DNA of 64,000 bases from Gemmatimonadales bacterium (lineage in GTDB: Bacteria; Gemmatimonadota; Gemmatimonadetes; Gemmatimonadales; GWC2-71-9). Location of the stretch: the NCBI GenBank assembly GCA_041613315.1, contig JBFJHJ010000009.1:1-64000 (forward strand), read 5' to 3'. Under the pieces are notes generated by a model. That model was not told the DNA's origin and ran no database searches. It worked only from the letters and a program-made list of their open reading frames with translations. A program made the position numbers and the translations under genes. This document shows, piece after piece, positions 9,665-20,266 of the stretch (the stretch's first letter is position 1; every line of letters begins with the position of its first letter).

Positions 9665-9667
9665 ATT
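9638..9667 (+). promoter_or_regulatory. Putative hrcA promoter overlapping a degenerate CIRCE-like inverted repeat
   Basis: TTGACC-N18-TAAATT; 9-9-9 palindrome TTGACCACC-N9-AGTGGCTAA. Confidence 0.5.
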
Positions 9668-9694
9668 GCTGCAACGGCAGGACTTGGATGGGTT

Positions 9695-10741
9695 ATGCAA
9701 CACAGTCTGACTGACCGCGAGCGCGAGGTGCTGGAAGCCGTCATCCACTCGTACGTGGAGACCGCAGAGCCGGCCGGCTCGCGCACGATCGCGAAGAAGT
9801 TCGATCTTGGGGTGTCCGCGGCGACGATTCGCAACACGATGAGCGACCTCGAGGAGCGGGGGTATCTCTATCATCCCCACACGTCGGCCGGGCGGGTCCC
9901 GACCGATCTGGCGTATCGCGTGTACGTGGACCGCTTGATGGAGCGCGCGCCGCCCACGCCCAGCGAGGACGACGCGCTGCGCCGCGAGCTCCGGCGCGAC
10001 GGCACGGCGATCGAGTCCCTGCTCCAGAAAGCCGCCGAGGTGCTCGGAGTGCTGACCAAGGAGCTTGGCATCGCCGTGGCGCCGTCGTTCGACAACGCGG
10101 TGCTCGAGCGCCTCGAGTTGGTGCAGGCATCCGAGGATCGCATCCTGATGATCCTCGTGCTCACCGGCGGCGCCGCCCGGACGATCTTCGTCGAGGCGTC
10201 GAACGCGTTGCCGCGCGAGGCGCTGGCCAGCGTGGCGCTGGTGCTCAACGAACGACTGAGCCGCCTCTCGCTCCGGGAGATCCGCCAGACGCTCCGCGAG
10301 CGGCTGCGAGATGCGGGGCGGCGTAGCGAGGAGCGGGAGCTGCTCAACATCTTCATCGAGGAGGCGGATCATCTCTTCGACATCGCCGGCCCCGGCGGCG
10401 AATTGATGCTGGGAAGCGCGCAGGCGTTGGTGGACCAACCGGAATTCAGCTCGAGCGAGCGCATGCGGGATCTGCTGGAGATCACCGAGCGCCGTGATGT
10501 GCTGCGCGAAGCGGTCGAGAAGCGGCGGCGTTCCGGGCTCACGGTGAGCATCGGTGGGGAAAACCTCGATCCCAAGCTGTCCCAGTTCACCCTGGTGACC
10601 TCGTTGTACCAGTGCGGGCCGTTCAGCGGCCTGATCGGGGTGATGGGCCCCACGCGCATGTCCTACCAGAAGGTCGTCGCACTGGTGGAGCACACCAGCC
10701 GCCTGATGGGCGAGCTGGGCTCCGGCGGCGGCGACAATTAG
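9695..10741 (+). CDS. hrcA: Heat-inducible transcription repressor HrcA
   Basis: SAATIRNTMSDLE, PHTSAGRVPT, GVMGPTRM. Confidence 0.97.
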   Translation: MQHSLTDREREVLEAVIHSYVETAEPAGSRTIAKKFDLGVSAATIRNTMSDLEERGYLYHPHTSAGRVPTDLAYRVYVDRLMERAPPTPSEDDALRRELRRDGTAIESLLQKAAEVLGVLTKELGIAVAPSFDNAVLERLELVQASEDRILMILVLTGGAARTIFVEASNALPREALASVALVLNERLSRLSLREIRQTLRERLRDAGRRSEERELLNIFIEEADHLFDIAGPGGELMLGSAQALVDQPEFSSSERMRDLLEITERRDVLREAVEKRRRSGLTVSIGGENLDPKLSQFTLVTSLYQCGPFSGLIGVMGPTRMSYQKVVALVEHTSRLMGELGSGGGDN

Positions 10742-10754
10742 TCCGCAGCGTCCC

Positions 10755-11903
10755 GTGGCCCGCGACTACTACGAGGTCCTCGGCGTTCCCCGCGACGCCG
10801 GCGAAGCCGACATCAAGAAGGCCTATCGTCGGCTCGCCATGGACTGTCACCCGGATCGCAACGGCGGAGACCCCACGGCCGAGGAGCGCTTCAAGGAAGC
10901 GACCGAGGCGTATGAAGTGCTGCGGGATCCCGAGAAACGCTCGCGCTACGACCGCTTCGGAATCGCGGGCGTGCGTGGCGCGGCCGCCGGGGGCGGGTTC
11001 TCGGCCTTCGACCTCTCCGAAGCGCTCAGCGTCTTCATGCGGGACTTCGGGGGCCTCGGCGGCTTCGACGCGATCTTCGGCGGCGGACAGCGGGCGCGCC
11101 GGTCCCGGCGGCGCGGCCAGGACCTCCGGGTGACGCTCAAGCTCACCTTGGCGGATGTCGCGCACGGCGTCACCCACAAGATCAAGGTCCAGACCCTGGA
11201 TCCCTGCCCAGCGTGCGCCGGCTCCGGTGCCAAGGCGGGCACCTCGCCCCAGCGGTGTCCCACGTGCGGCGGGGCCGGTGAGGTCCGGCAAGCCACGCGC
11301 TCCCTCTTGGGGCAGTTCATCTCGGTGGCGCCGTGCTCGGCGTGTGACGGGGAGGGGACCGCGATCGGCGAGTTGTGCCCCGAGTGTCGGGGCGACGGCC
11401 GCGTGCGCGCCAGCAAGGTGGTGGACGTCGAGGTGCCGCCAGGCGTGGCCGATCACCATTACATCACGCTGCGCGGTAAAGGGGTGAGTGGTCCGCGCAA
11501 CGGCCCGGCGGGCGATCTGATCGTCGAGTTCGAGATCGAGGAAGACCCCCGCTTCACCCGGCGCGGCGACGAGTTGATCTACGACCTGCCGGTCTCGTTC
11601 AGCCAGGCGGCGCTCGGGGGGGAGTTCACGATCCCCACGCCGTATGGCGACGAGACCGTCCGCATCCCGGGCGGCGTTCAGTCGGGTTCGGTGATCAGCC
11701 TCCGCGGGAAGGGGCTCCCCGGCCTCAACGACGGGCGGCACGGCAGCCTCCACGTCCGGATCCAGGTCTGGACGCCACCGCGGCTCACGCCCGAGCTTCG
11801 CGAGCTGTTCGAGCAGCTGGCCGCCAGCGAGGGTGAGCCGCCGCAGGGCGAGAGCCTGGGCCAGCGGTTCTGGAACAAGGTGAAGGAGACGTTCGGGACG
11901 TGA
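10755..11903 (+). CDS. dnaJ: Chaperone DnaJ
   Basis: J-domain HPD, G/F-rich region, four CxxCxGxG repeats. Confidence 0.97.
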   Translation: MARDYYEVLGVPRDAGEADIKKAYRRLAMDCHPDRNGGDPTAEERFKEATEAYEVLRDPEKRSRYDRFGIAGVRGAAAGGGFSAFDLSEALSVFMRDFGGLGGFDAIFGGGQRARRSRRRGQDLRVTLKLTLADVAHGVTHKIKVQTLDPCPACAGSGAKAGTSPQRCPTCGGAGEVRQATRSLLGQFISVAPCSACDGEGTAIGELCPECRGDGRVRASKVVDVEVPPGVADHHYITLRGKGVSGPRNGPAGDLIVEFEIEEDPRFTRRGDELIYDLPVSFSQAALGGEFTIPTPYGDETVRIPGGVQSGSVISLRGKGLPGLNDGRHGSLHVRIQVWTPPRLTPELRELFEQLAASEGEPPQGESLGQRFWNKVKETFGT

Positions 11904-11907
11904 CCGG

Positions 11908-12246
11908 ATGAGCGAGTGCCTGTTCTGTAAGATCGTTCGCGGCGAGATCCAGGCAACGGTGGTACGGCAAACCGACCGGTTCCTCGCCTTTCGGGACATC
12001 AACCCGCAGGCGCCCACGCACCTGCTGGTGATCCCTAAGGCACATGTCGCGTCGCTCAACGACGCGCGTGACGCGGACCTGGTCGGGAGCCTCGTGCTGT
12101 TCGCCCGGGATGTGGCGGAGGCGGAAGGCCGGGCGGCGACGGGCTACCGCGTGGTGATCAACACCAACGCCGACGGCGGCCAGACCGTATTCCACCTGCA
12201 CGGCCACGTGCTCGGCGGGCGCGCGCTGCAGTGGCCGCCTGGCTAG
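11908..12246 (+). CDS. Histidine triad (HIT) nucleotide-binding protein
   Basis: [24 protein letters not shown]. Confidence 0.95.
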   Translation: MSECLFCKIVRGEIQATVVRQTDRFLAFRDINPQAPTHLLVIPKAHVASLNDARDADLVGSLVLFARDVAEAEGRAATGYRVVINTNADGGQTVFHLHGHVLGGRALQWPPG

Positions 12247-12370
12247 TCCGGCGACGCGACCTGGCCAGGCGTGTGCGCGGCCGGCCGCGGCATGGGGCGG
12301 GCCGGCAGGGGTGGCGATAACCCCTGAGAGGCTCTACTTTTCGGCGGTTCCTGATCCTGGCGTGCGGAGT

Positions 12371-12553
12371 ATGGCGGAAGTCATCGTCGCCGAGAACGAG
12401 AACTTCGAACGGGCGCTCAGACGCTTCAAGAAGAAGTGCGAGAAGGCGGGGATACTGTCGGATCTACGCAGACATCGCCACTACGAGAAACCGAGTGAGC
12501 GGCGCAAACGGAAGATGAACGCCGCTCGCCGCAAGCAGAGCCGGTCGAGATAA
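12371..12553 (+). CDS. rpsU: 30S ribosomal protein S21
   Basis: [14 protein letters not shown]...[17 protein letters not shown] before ATG 12371. Confidence 0.95.
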   Translation: MAEVIVAENENFERALRRFKKKCEKAGILSDLRRHRHYEKPSERRKRKMNAARRKQSRSR

Positions 12554-12742
12554 GGACGGGATGGTATACTTCCGCTCGGCCGGTCCCCGTCCTCCCGCTC
12601 TCCCACCCGACGCCAACCTCCGAGACCGCAAGACCACGGCCGACGTGCCGGGGAAGCAGTGCGCCCCGGGGCGAGCGGTGTGCCGCGAGGAAGCCCTGGC
12701 CCTCATCGGGGATGACGCCAGGGCCAGCGCCGCCCTCCAGGG

Positions 12743-15097
12743 GTGCCGGTGACCGAGGTCACCCGCACCCCTTCCTCTTCCTCTGCGCCCGCTTCGGCGG
12801 ACGCCGTGACGGAACTGGAGTTTGCACGGGTACTCGAGGTCGTCGCGCGGAGAGCCGTCTCGCCGCTCGGCGCGGACGCCGTGCGGCGGCGGCGCCCCCG
12901 TGCGGCGCTGGAAGAGATCCGGGCGGAGCTTGCCGCGGTGGCCGAGCTGGCGCAGGTCCTCCGTGACGGCGATGGGTTCGCTCCGGAGCCGGTGCCGGAT
13001 CTGCGGGAGACGGTCCGCGCCCTCACGACTGCCGGTAGCGTGCTCGACGGCGAGGTGCTCGTGGAGCTGGCGCAGAGTGTCGGAGCGATGCGGCGCACGG
13101 CGCTCGCGCTCGAAGGCCTGCGTGATGTCGCGCCCCGCGCCGCTGCGCTCGTGGTCGAGCTGCCGTCGAAGGGATTGGAGCGGGCGATTGCCCGCGCCCT
13201 CGAGCCGGACGGCAGCGCCAAAGACGATGCGAGCCCCGAGCTCAGGCGCGCGCGGCGCCGGGTGCGCGAGACCCGGGCCTCGCTGATCCAGCAGCTGGAG
13301 AGCCGCCTGCGCGACCTGAGCGCCGAGACGGATGGCGACGTGCGGGTTCGCAACGGACGATACGTCATTCCCATTCGGCGGGACGCGCGCTCGCGGGTGC
13401 GCGGCATCGTTCACGGCGAATCCAGCTCCGGCGCCACGCTCTTCGTGGAACCGGGGGAGTTGGTGGACGTCGGCAATGCGCTCGCCGAAGCCCAGGCCGA
13501 CGAGGCCCGGGCCGTCCTCGCCGTGCTGCGCGACCTCACCGAGCGGGCCCGTCCGGATGCCGCCCGGATCGCGGCGGGGTGGGCGATGTGCATCGCGGCC
13601 GACGACCTCTACGCCCGGGCGCGCTACGCGCATGACGTCGACGCTGCCGTCCCTCGACTGACGTCGGCGCCGGGCCGGCTCATGATCCGACGGGCCGTGC
13701 ACCCCCTCCTCCGCGACGAGGTCCAGGATGCGGTCCCGTTCGATCTCGTGCTCGACGACGGCGAGACGACGCTCGTCGTGAGCGGACCGAACGCCGGCGG
13801 CAAGACGGTGTTCCTGAAGGCGGTCGGGCTCGTGAGCGCGATGGCGCAGGCCGGGATCGTGCCGCCCGTGGGGCCGGAGACCGAGCTGCCGGTGTTTGGG
13901 AGGATCTTCGTCGATATCGGGGATCATCAGTCGATCGCCGCGAGCCTGTCGACCTACAGCGCGCACCTGCGGGCGCTCAAAGACATTCTGGAGGAGGCCG
14001 ACGACCGCTCGCTGGTGCTGCTCGACGAGCTGGGTGGCGGCACCGATCCGATCGAGGGCGGTGCATTGGCCGGCGCCGTGCTCTTGCGGCTGGCGAGCCG
14101 GCGGGTGACGACCGTCGCGACCACGCACCTCACGCAGCTCAAGGAGCTGGCCGCCCGCGCGGACGGCCTGATCAACGCCTCGCTCGAGTTCGATGCGGAA
14201 ACCTTGGCGCCCACCTACCGGCTCCTGAAGGGGAAACCGGGCCGCTCATACGCGCTCGCGATGGCGCGGCGGCTCGGCCTGCCGCCCGCCGTCCTCGACA
14301 CGGCCGAGGAGTTGACTCCCGAGCAGGTGCGGTCCATGGACGCGATGCTCGCGGAGCTGGAACGCCGGGAAACGGAGCTGACGCGGCGCGAGGCGGGCGT
14401 CGCATCCGCGGGGGCGCGGCTCGATCGCGACGCCGCGGCCACGGCCCGCGACCGGGCCGAGCTGGACGAGCGGCGCGACGCGCTGGACGAACGCGAGCGC
14501 GTGATCGAGCGCACGGGCCGCGAGGCGGCCCGCCGCTTTCTCCTCGCGGCGCGCAAGCGGGTCGAGGAGGCGCTGGGACTCGCTCGCGCGGCCGTCACCG
14601 AAGCGACCGCGAAGGAGGCCCGGCGGCTCGTCGAGGAGGGTGTGCGTCGCGAAGGGGATGCGCTCTCGGAGCTGGAGCGCGTGGCGAAGGCCCAGGGGTG
14701 GAAGATCAAGAAGGGGCGGCGTGAGCCGTCGGCAGGACGAGCCGACTCCCGATCGAGCCCGCGCGGATCGGCCGCTCCGCGGCGCGAGCGCCAGCCGGCT
14801 GGCCCGGCTCACCGCTCACACGGCAGCGATCCAGCGACAGGCGATCACCAGGCGGCGACCGAGATCGATCTCAGAGGGTTGACGGGCGACGAGGCTGAGG
14901 CCGCGATCATCGCGGCGCTCGACGCGGCCGTCGTCGCCGACCTCCCCGTGCTGCGGATCATCCACGGCAAAGGCACCGGGGCCCTGCGCGCCCGCGTCGG
15001 GCAGGTGCTCGAGCGCGACCGCCGCGTCGCGAGCGTCCGGCCCGCGCCGCCACCGGAGGGCGGCACCGGCGTCACCATTGCCGAGCTGAGCGGATGA
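12743..15097 (+). CDS. mutS2: Endonuclease MutS2
   Basis: SGPNAGGKT, IGDHQSI, LLDELGGGTDP, C-terminal Smr domain (IDLRG, IIHGKGTG). Confidence 0.95.
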   Translation: MPVTEVTRTPSSSSAPASADAVTELEFARVLEVVARRAVSPLGADAVRRRRPRAALEEIRAELAAVAELAQVLRDGDGFAPEPVPDLRETVRALTTAGSVLDGEVLVELAQSVGAMRRTALALEGLRDVAPRAAALVVELPSKGLERAIARALEPDGSAKDDASPELRRARRRVRETRASLIQQLESRLRDLSAETDGDVRVRNGRYVIPIRRDARSRVRGIVHGESSSGATLFVEPGELVDVGNALAEAQADEARAVLAVLRDLTERARPDAARIAAGWAMCIAADDLYARARYAHDVDAAVPRLTSAPGRLMIRRAVHPLLRDEVQDAVPFDLVLDDGETTLVVSGPNAGGKTVFLKAVGLVSAMAQAGIVPPVGPETELPVFGRIFVDIGDHQSIAASLSTYSAHLRALKDILEEADDRSLVLLDELGGGTDPIEGGALAGAVLLRLASRRVTTVATTHLTQLKELAARADGLINASLEFDAETLAPTYRLLKGKPGRSYALAMARRLGLPPAVLDTAEELTPEQVRSMDAMLAELERRETELTRREAGVASAGARLDRDAAATARDRAELDERRDALDERERVIERTGREAARRFLLAARKRVEEALGLARAAVTEATAKEARRLVEEGVRREGDALSELERVAKAQGWKIKKGRREPSAGRADSRSSPRGSAAPRRERQPAGPAHRSHGSDPATGDHQAATEIDLRGLTGDEAEAAIIAALDAAVVADLPVLRIIHGKGTGALRARVGQVLERDRRVASVRPAPPPEGGTGVTIAELSG

Positions 15098-16875
15098 CGC
15101 CGATCCCGGACGCGCTGATCGAGCAGGTTCGCGATGCGGCCGACATGGTGGCACTGATCGGCGAGCACGTGGACCTCCGGCGCACCGGCACCGACTATCG
15201 CGGCCCCTGCCCGTTCCACGGCGGCACGCACCGCAACTTCGCCGTGATCCCCAAGAAGCAGATGTTCTATTGCTTCGTCTGCCACGAAGGCGGGGACATC
15301 TTCACGTTCTACATGAAGAAGTTCGGGGTGGAGTACCCTACGGCCGTGCGGGACGTTGCGGCGAAGTCGGGGATCACGATCCCCGAGCGTCCATCCGGCG
15401 GTCCCGATCCACGGGAGCCGCTCTTCTCCGCCGTCGGGGCGGCGCAGGACTGGTACGCCCGGCGGCTGCGGGAGGCGGACGACGCGGCGAAGGCGCGGCA
15501 GTACCTGGCCGGCCGCGGCTTCGACCTGGAGGTGCTCGCGCCTGTGGGGCTGGGGTTCGCCCCGAAAGGCGACGCGTTCCTGGACGGTATGGCGGCCCTC
15601 GGGGTCTCCGTGGAGGTGCTCATCGACGCGGGGCTCGCGGTGCGACGGGAGGATGGAACCGTGCGGCCGCGATTCTGGAATCGGTTGCTCTTTCCCATCC
15701 GGGATCTCCGTGGACGGGTCGTCGGCTTCGGCGGCCGAGTGCTCGACGGCGGCGAGCCCAAGTACCTCAACTCGCCCGACTCGCAGGTGTTTCACAAGCG
15801 CGCGCTGCTGTACAACCTGCATGACGCGAGACATGCGATCCGGAAGGCCGAACGCGCCGTCGTCGTGGAGGGCTACTTCGACGTGCTTCGGCTGGTCGAT
15901 GCGGGGATCGAGGAGGTCGTTGCCCCGCTTGGGACGGCGCTCGCCAGCGAGCAGGCCCAGTTGCTCAAGCGATATACCGCGAACGTCGTGTTGTGTTACG
16001 ACAGCGACGCCGCCGGTCTGCGCGCGAGTTTTCGCGCCGCCGATGAGTTGCTGCGCGCGGGGCTGCGCGTGACGATCGCGACGCCACCCCCCGGCGAGGA
16101 TCCCGACACGCTCGCGCGGGCCGGGGGCGCGGATCAGATCCGGCGGGTGTTGGACGACGCCTTGGACGTACTCGAGCGGAAGTTGCAGTTGCTGGACCGG
16201 AAGGGGTGGCTCGGGACGCTCTCGGGTCGGCGGCGGGCGCTGGATCGGCTGCTCCCGACGCTGCGCGCCGCCACCGACTCGGTGACGCGCGATCTCTACG
16301 TCGGCCGGACGGCCGAAGGCCTTGGCATCTCTCGCGAATCCGTCCGGCACGAGCTCAAGGACGTTCGGCAGCCGCCGGCCGCCGTGGCGGCGGCGGGGTC
16401 CTCGGGCCCCCTGCTGCGCCGCGCGCGGCGCTCGAGCCCCGAGCGCGATCTCCTGCGCGTGATGCTGCGGGAGCCCGCCTGGCGTGGGCGGATCACCGAG
16501 CACCTCCAGAGCATGCCGGCCGGCGAGGAGCCCGAGCGTTCGCTGCTCAGCCTGGTCGGGCAGACCGAGCCGGCGGTGTCCGGCGGCGAAATTCTCGAGC
16601 GGGTGGACGGGGAAGCGCGGACGGTCCTGACCGAGTTGCTGGCCGAACAGTGGGGGACCCTCGACGTCGATGCGATCGTCGACGGTGCCTTGCGCAAGAT
16701 CGAGAGCCGCTCCCTCGAGCAGCGGCTCCGGGCGATCGACCGGCAGCTGCCGGTGGCGTCCGAGCAGGAGAAGCTCGAGCTGGCGCAGGAGAAGGACACC
16801 CTGAGCCGCCACATCGCCAAGCTGAATCCGGGACGCTGGAACGTGATTACGAAGAGGAGGACACGTGCACCCTGA
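15094..16875 (+). CDS. dnaG: DNA primase
   Basis: CPFH...CFVC Zn finger, PKYLNSP, VEGYFD, YDSD TOPRIM. Confidence 0.97.
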   Translation: MTPIPDALIEQVRDAADMVALIGEHVDLRRTGTDYRGPCPFHGGTHRNFAVIPKKQMFYCFVCHEGGDIFTFYMKKFGVEYPTAVRDVAAKSGITIPERPSGGPDPREPLFSAVGAAQDWYARRLREADDAAKARQYLAGRGFDLEVLAPVGLGFAPKGDAFLDGMAALGVSVEVLIDAGLAVRREDGTVRPRFWNRLLFPIRDLRGRVVGFGGRVLDGGEPKYLNSPDSQVFHKRALLYNLHDARHAIRKAERAVVVEGYFDVLRLVDAGIEEVVAPLGTALASEQAQLLKRYTANVVLCYDSDAAGLRASFRAADELLRAGLRVTIATPPPGEDPDTLARAGGADQIRRVLDDALDVLERKLQLLDRKGWLGTLSGRRRALDRLLPTLRAATDSVTRDLYVGRTAEGLGISRESVRHELKDVRQPPAAVAAAGSSGPLLRRARRSSPERDLLRVMLREPAWRGRITEHLQSMPAGEEPERSLLSLVGQTEPAVSGGEILERVDGEARTVLTELLAEQWGTLDVDAIVDGALRKIESRSLEQRLRAIDRQLPVASEQEKLELAQEKDTLSRHIAKLNPGRWNVITKRRTRAP

Positions 16876-17572
16876 CTTACAGGCCCTGTTGGCGCTACAG
16901 GACAAAGACAAGGCCGTACTGGCCATCCTGGACGAGCTGAAGGCGCTCGAGCCCACCATGGCGGCGCTCGATGCCGAGCTCGAACAATTGGAGGCGGCGC
17001 TGGCGGCGGCGCAGACACGCGCACAGGACGCCGACCAGCGCCGGGAAGAATTGGAGGGCAAGATCGAGGGCTACCGGGTGATGCAGGAACGCCGCCGACA
17101 ACGACTCGAGTGGGTGAAGGGCGCGAAGGAGGCCTCCACGCTCATGGCGGAGCTCGACCTTGCGCGCACGGTCATGGCCAAGGAAGAAGCCGAATGGATT
17201 CGGTCGGCTGACCGCGTGCAGGAGGCGTACCACTTGGCCGCGGAGTCAGAGAAGGCGGTGCAGGAGCTGCGGGCCGCGCAGGCACCGCAGCGGGAGGAGC
17301 TCGTGGCGAAACGCGGCGAGCTCGAGGAGCTGCTGGCCGCGGCGCAAGACGAGCGCCGCGCCACGGCGCAGGGCGTGCCGCAGGAGATGCGCGAGCGCTA
17401 CGAGCGGATCCTCACCGGTCGCTCGCCACTTGCGTTGTACCCGCTGCAGAACGGTGCCTGCGGACGGTGCTTCACGGCGGTGCCGCTCCACCGTCGCCAG
17501 AAGATCCAGAACGGAGACGGCGTCGACAGCTGCGAGGCGTGCGGCGTGCTCCTGTACACCGGGACGGGATGA
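16865..17572 (+). CDS. Coiled-coil protein with C4 zinc ribbon (zf-RING_7/CT398-like)
   Basis: LLALQDKD start, long coiled coil, CGRC...CEACG. Confidence 0.88.
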   Translation: MHPDLQALLALQDKDKAVLAILDELKALEPTMAALDAELEQLEAALAAAQTRAQDADQRREELEGKIEGYRVMQERRRQRLEWVKGAKEASTLMAELDLARTVMAKEEAEWIRSADRVQEAYHLAAESEKAVQELRAAQAPQREELVAKRGELEELLAAAQDERRATAQGVPQEMRERYERILTGRSPLALYPLQNGACGRCFTAVPLHRRQKIQNGDGVDSCEACGVLLYTGTG

Positions 17573-19275
17573 CGCTGGCGCTGGGGCGGTGGCGGTTGAC
17601 GGACCCGCCGGACCCGGCGGTGACCGCGGCGCTCGCCAGCGCCCTCCACATCCCACCCACGCTCGCCGCCCTGGTCGCCCAGCGCGGGTACGCTGCCGCT
17701 GACGACGCACGCACCTTCCTGCGTCCCACGCTCGACCAGCTCACCGATCCGTTCGCGTTCCGGGACATGGAGACCGCGGTGCATCTCGTGGGGGAGGCGG
17801 TGCGCGCCGGCACGCGCATTCTGGTGCACGGCGACTACGACGTGGACGGGCAATGTGCCGCGGCGCTCCTCACGCGGGTGCTGCGGGCGGCGGGGGCGGA
17901 CGTCGTGCCGTTCGTCCCGCACCGCGTGCGCGACGGCTACGATTTCGGTCCCGCGGGGTTGGCGGTGGCCCAGGCGCACGGCGTGGGGCTGGTGATCACG
18001 TGCGACTGCGGCACGACCGCGCTCGAAACGGTGGCGGCGGCGCAGGCGGCGGGGATCCGCGTCCTGGTGACCGACCATCACCTGGCCAGCGTGACGGCCC
18101 CGGCCGACGCCATGGTGAATCCTCAGCACCCCGAGTGCGGATCGCCGTCCAAGCAACTCTGCGGGACGGGCGTCGCCTTCAAGTTGGTCCAGGCGCTGAC
18201 GGGTGAGCTTGGGCTACCCGAGAACTTGCCCTACCACTTTCTCGAGCTGGTGGCCCTCGCCACCGTGGCGGACGTGGTGCCCTTGACGGGCGAGAACCGG
18301 GTGCTGGTGCGCTTCGGGCTCAAGGCGCTGGCCACGTCCCGCTGGCCGGGCGTGCGAGCCCTGGTCGAGGCCGCGGGGCTCTCGGACACCGAGTTCCGCG
18401 CGGGTCACGTGGGGTACGTGCTCGCGCCGCGACTCAACGCCACGGGGCGGATCGGCGACGCGATGGACGGTCTACGGCTCCTGCTCACCGACGATCCTGC
18501 GGAGGCCCACCTGCTCGCGCAGCAGCTCGAAGCGCAGAACGCCCAGCGGCAGGCGATGGATGCGGTGATGCTCGAGGAGGCCGTGGAGGATATCGAGCGG
18601 GCCGTGGACCTCGAGCGCGAGTATGGCCTGGTGCTGGCGCGCGACGGATGGCATCCCGGCATCATCGGCCTGGTCGCGTCACGTCTCGTGGAGCGCTACG
18701 CCCGTCCGACGATTCTCGTGGCACTGGTGGGGGACGAAGGGCGGGGATCGGGGAGGAGCATCGCGCGGTTCGACCTGCACGGGGCGCTGGCGGCGTGCGC
18801 ACCGCACCTGGCGCGATTTGGCGGGCACCGCATGGCGGCGGGCTTGACCGTGCACCGGGACCGGTTGGCGGCGTTCCGTGAAGCGTTCAACGAAGTCGCG
18901 CGGTCAGCGCTGACGGTGGACGACCTGGTGCCGACCCAGCGCGTGGACATCGTGTTGTCCGTGGATCAGCTCGACGGCACCCTCGAACGCTTGATGCGGC
19001 ACCTCGAACCGTGCGGGGCGGGCAACCCGGCCCCGGTGCTGGGGATTCGGAGCGCCGCGGGCCGCAACGCCCGAGTGGTGGGCACGAAGCACCTGCGCTT
19101 CACCTTGGAGGACGACAGCGGGCGGATCGCCGCCATCGGGTTCGGCTGGGCGGATCGGGTGCAGGACGACTGGTGGAGCGGACCGCTGGACGTCGCCTTC
19201 CGCCTCGAGCGGGACGAGTGGCGCGGCGTCCACTCGCTCAAAGCCAAGGTCGTGCATCTGCGGCCCACAGGCTGA
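17569..19275 (+). CDS. recJ: ssDNA exonuclease RecJ
   Basis: GDYDVDG, TCDCG, TDHH, TVADVVPL, GSGRS, GGHRMAAG. Confidence 0.97.
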   Translation: MTLALGRWRLTDPPDPAVTAALASALHIPPTLAALVAQRGYAAADDARTFLRPTLDQLTDPFAFRDMETAVHLVGEAVRAGTRILVHGDYDVDGQCAAALLTRVLRAAGADVVPFVPHRVRDGYDFGPAGLAVAQAHGVGLVITCDCGTTALETVAAAQAAGIRVLVTDHHLASVTAPADAMVNPQHPECGSPSKQLCGTGVAFKLVQALTGELGLPENLPYHFLELVALATVADVVPLTGENRVLVRFGLKALATSRWPGVRALVEAAGLSDTEFRAGHVGYVLAPRLNATGRIGDAMDGLRLLLTDDPAEAHLLAQQLEAQNAQRQAMDAVMLEEAVEDIERAVDLEREYGLVLARDGWHPGIIGLVASRLVERYARPTILVALVGDEGRGSGRSIARFDLHGALAACAPHLARFGGHRMAAGLTVHRDRLAAFREAFNEVARSALTVDDLVPTQRVDIVLSVDQLDGTLERLMRHLEPCGAGNPAPVLGIRSAAGRNARVVGTKHLRFTLEDDSGRIAAIGFGWADRVQDDWWSGPLDVAFRLERDEWRGVHSLKAKVVHLRPTG

Positions 19276-19790
19276 TGCGCATCATCGCCGGCGAGTTCCG
19301 CGGCCGCCGGCTGACGCGCTCCGCGGACCCTCGCGTGCGCCCCACCGCTGATCGCGTTCGCGAAGCGTGGTTCAGCATCCTCGTGCCGGCGCTGCCCGGG
19401 ACCCATGTGCTGGACTTGTTCGCCGGTTCCGGCGCGCTGGGTCTCGAGGCGCTGTCGCGGGGCGCTCGGCGGGCGGATTTTGTGGAGCGCTCGCGCCGCT
19501 CCCTCGACGCCATTGCCGCGAACGTGCAGGCGCTGGGCGTCGCCGACCGCGTGACGGTTCACCGCGGTGAGGCGCTGCGCTTCGTGCGTGATCTCGCGCC
19601 GGAGGCCTACGACATCGCCTTCGCCGACCCGCCATACGGAGGGGACGAAGCCGCCCGCCTCGTGGAGCGCTTCCGCGCCCGACCCTTCGCGCGCATTCTT
19701 GGGGTCGAGCATCGCGCCGGCACGTCGCTGGACGGCGACCAGAGTCGGCGCTACGGCGACGTCGCCCTCACATTCTGCTACGCGCCATGA
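19275..19790 (+). CDS. rsmD: 16S rRNA m2G966 methyltransferase
   Basis: [30 protein letters not shown]. Confidence 0.95.
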   Translation: MRIIAGEFRGRRLTRSADPRVRPTADRVREAWFSILVPALPGTHVLDLFAGSGALGLEALSRGARRADFVERSRRSLDAIAANVQALGVADRVTVHRGEALRFVRDLAPEAYDIAFADPPYGGDEAARLVERFRARPFARILGVEHRAGTSLDGDQSRRYGDVALTFCYAP

Positions 19791-20266
19791 CACGCATCGC
19801 GATCTATCCGGGCTCGTTCGACCCCGTCACACGCGGGCACGAGGACCTGGTGCGTCGAAGCCTCACGTTCGCCGACCGCGTGATCGTGGCGGTCGCCACG
19901 AACTTGAGCAAGGAACCCCTGTTCAGCCTCGAGGAGCGCGTCGCGCTCCTCACCGCCGTGCTCGGCGGCGACCCGCGGGTCGAGGTGGAGCGCTTCGATG
20001 GCCTGCTCGCCGACTTTGCCCGAGAGCGGAAGGCCCACCTCGTGATCCGCGGCCTCCGGGCGGTGAGCGACTTCGACTACGAATCGCAGATGGCGCTGAT
20101 GAACCGCGCGTTGTATCCGGAACTGGAGACGATCTTCCTGGTGCCCGCGCTGGATCTCACCTACCTCAGCTCGAGCTTGGTGCGCGAGGTCGCCCGTCTG
20201 GGCGGCGACGTCGCGGCCTTCGTGCATCCGACGGTGGAGAAAGCGCTGCGGGCGAAGTTCGGCTGA
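19787..20266 (+). CDS. coaD: Pantetheine-phosphate adenylyltransferase
   Basis: [29 protein letters not shown]. Confidence 0.97.
   Translation: MTRIAIYPGSFDPVTRGHEDLVRRSLTFADRVIVAVATNLSKEPLFSLEERVALLTAVLGGDPRVEVERFDGLLADFARERKAHLVIRGLRAVSDFDYESQMALMNRALYPELETIFLVPALDLTYLSSSLVREVARLGGDVAAFVHPTVEKALRAKFG

Noticed and set aside
12554..12742. Possible ncRNA or 63-aa ORF between rpsU and mutS2
   Set aside because: Only GC-rich hairpins (e.g. AGGACGGG/CCCGTCCT); no recognisable family signature.
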